From: Brevibacterium luteolum
GTDB taxonomy: Bacteria; Actinomycetota; Actinomycetes; Actinomycetales; Brevibacteriaceae
DNA: 45,349 nucleotides
Direction of reading: 5' to 3'
Assembly: GCF_013004595.1 (NCBI RefSeq)
Contig: NZ_JABEMC010000008.1
Span: 62,001 to 107,349, forward strand
Shown here: positions 45,223 to 45,349 of the stretch, one piece after another
Layout of the letters: every line of letters starts with the position of its first letter
Numbering within the stretch: the stretch's first letter is position 1
The notes under the pieces: model-generated
Told to the model about the DNA's origin: nothing
What the model saw: only the letters and a program-made list of their open reading frames with translations
Databases searched by the model: none
Program-made: the position numbers and the translations under genes

Positions 45223-45349
45223 GGGACTGCTGAAGGTTTGGTTGACTCTGGGGTTTATGCCGCCAGGGCGACGGCCTTGTGGTGAACCAGCTCGTATTCG
45301 ATCGGGGTCAGTTTACCTAAGCGCCGTTGCCGACGCTTCTGGTGATAGG
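45223..45349 (-). mobile_element. Right end of a second IS3-family element (OrfB C-terminus 45349-45255)
   Basis: Minus strand reads YHQKRRQRRLGKLTPIEYELVHHKAVALAA-stop, followed by putative end gtcaaccaaaccttcagcagtccc abutting OrfA of the first IS. Confidence 0.8.

Noticed and set aside
44107..45349. IS3 transposase as the enzyme that built the ychF array
   Set aside because: The cassettes have no IS ends or target duplications. The IS elements look like later insertions into neutral DNA.

Overview
High-GC actinobacterial chromosome. The gene set and order suggest Micrococcales, possibly Brevibacterium-like (inference). Bases 1-40070 are mostly conserved core genome. In order: the 3' end of a probable secA; an uncharacterised Rv3235/LysM/HTH/SAF/CpaE-like cluster; large NAD-glutamate dehydrogenase; PdtaS-type kinase; whiB1; gamma-carbonic anhydrase; a P1B ATPase; lpdA; acyl-CoA carboxylase alpha; maf; AI-2E transporter; greA; mca; PAQR protein; cis-prenyltransferase; PIN-PhoH; fumC; beta-carbonic anhydrase; glpX; xseBA; ispH; a Ser/Thr kinase; rmuC; ychF. 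From the last codons of ychF onward the DNA is accessory and more AT-rich. ychF ends in a non-canonical tail (VVEFR-TGLTSGGKK). The canonical ychF ending (GDAVEFRFNV-stop) reappears 1.9 kb downstream, directly after a DUF262/DUF1524 (GmrSD-like) gene and directly before a higBA module. A more degenerate copy of the motif sits at the next junction. All passenger genes are co-oriented with ychF and decay with distance from it, and no integrase is present in the window. This looks like an integron-like cassette array anchored on the ychF 3' end, and it is the main candidate novel system. The window ends in an IS3 element interrupted by a second IS3 element. No rRNA, tRNA or CRISPR array was seen.
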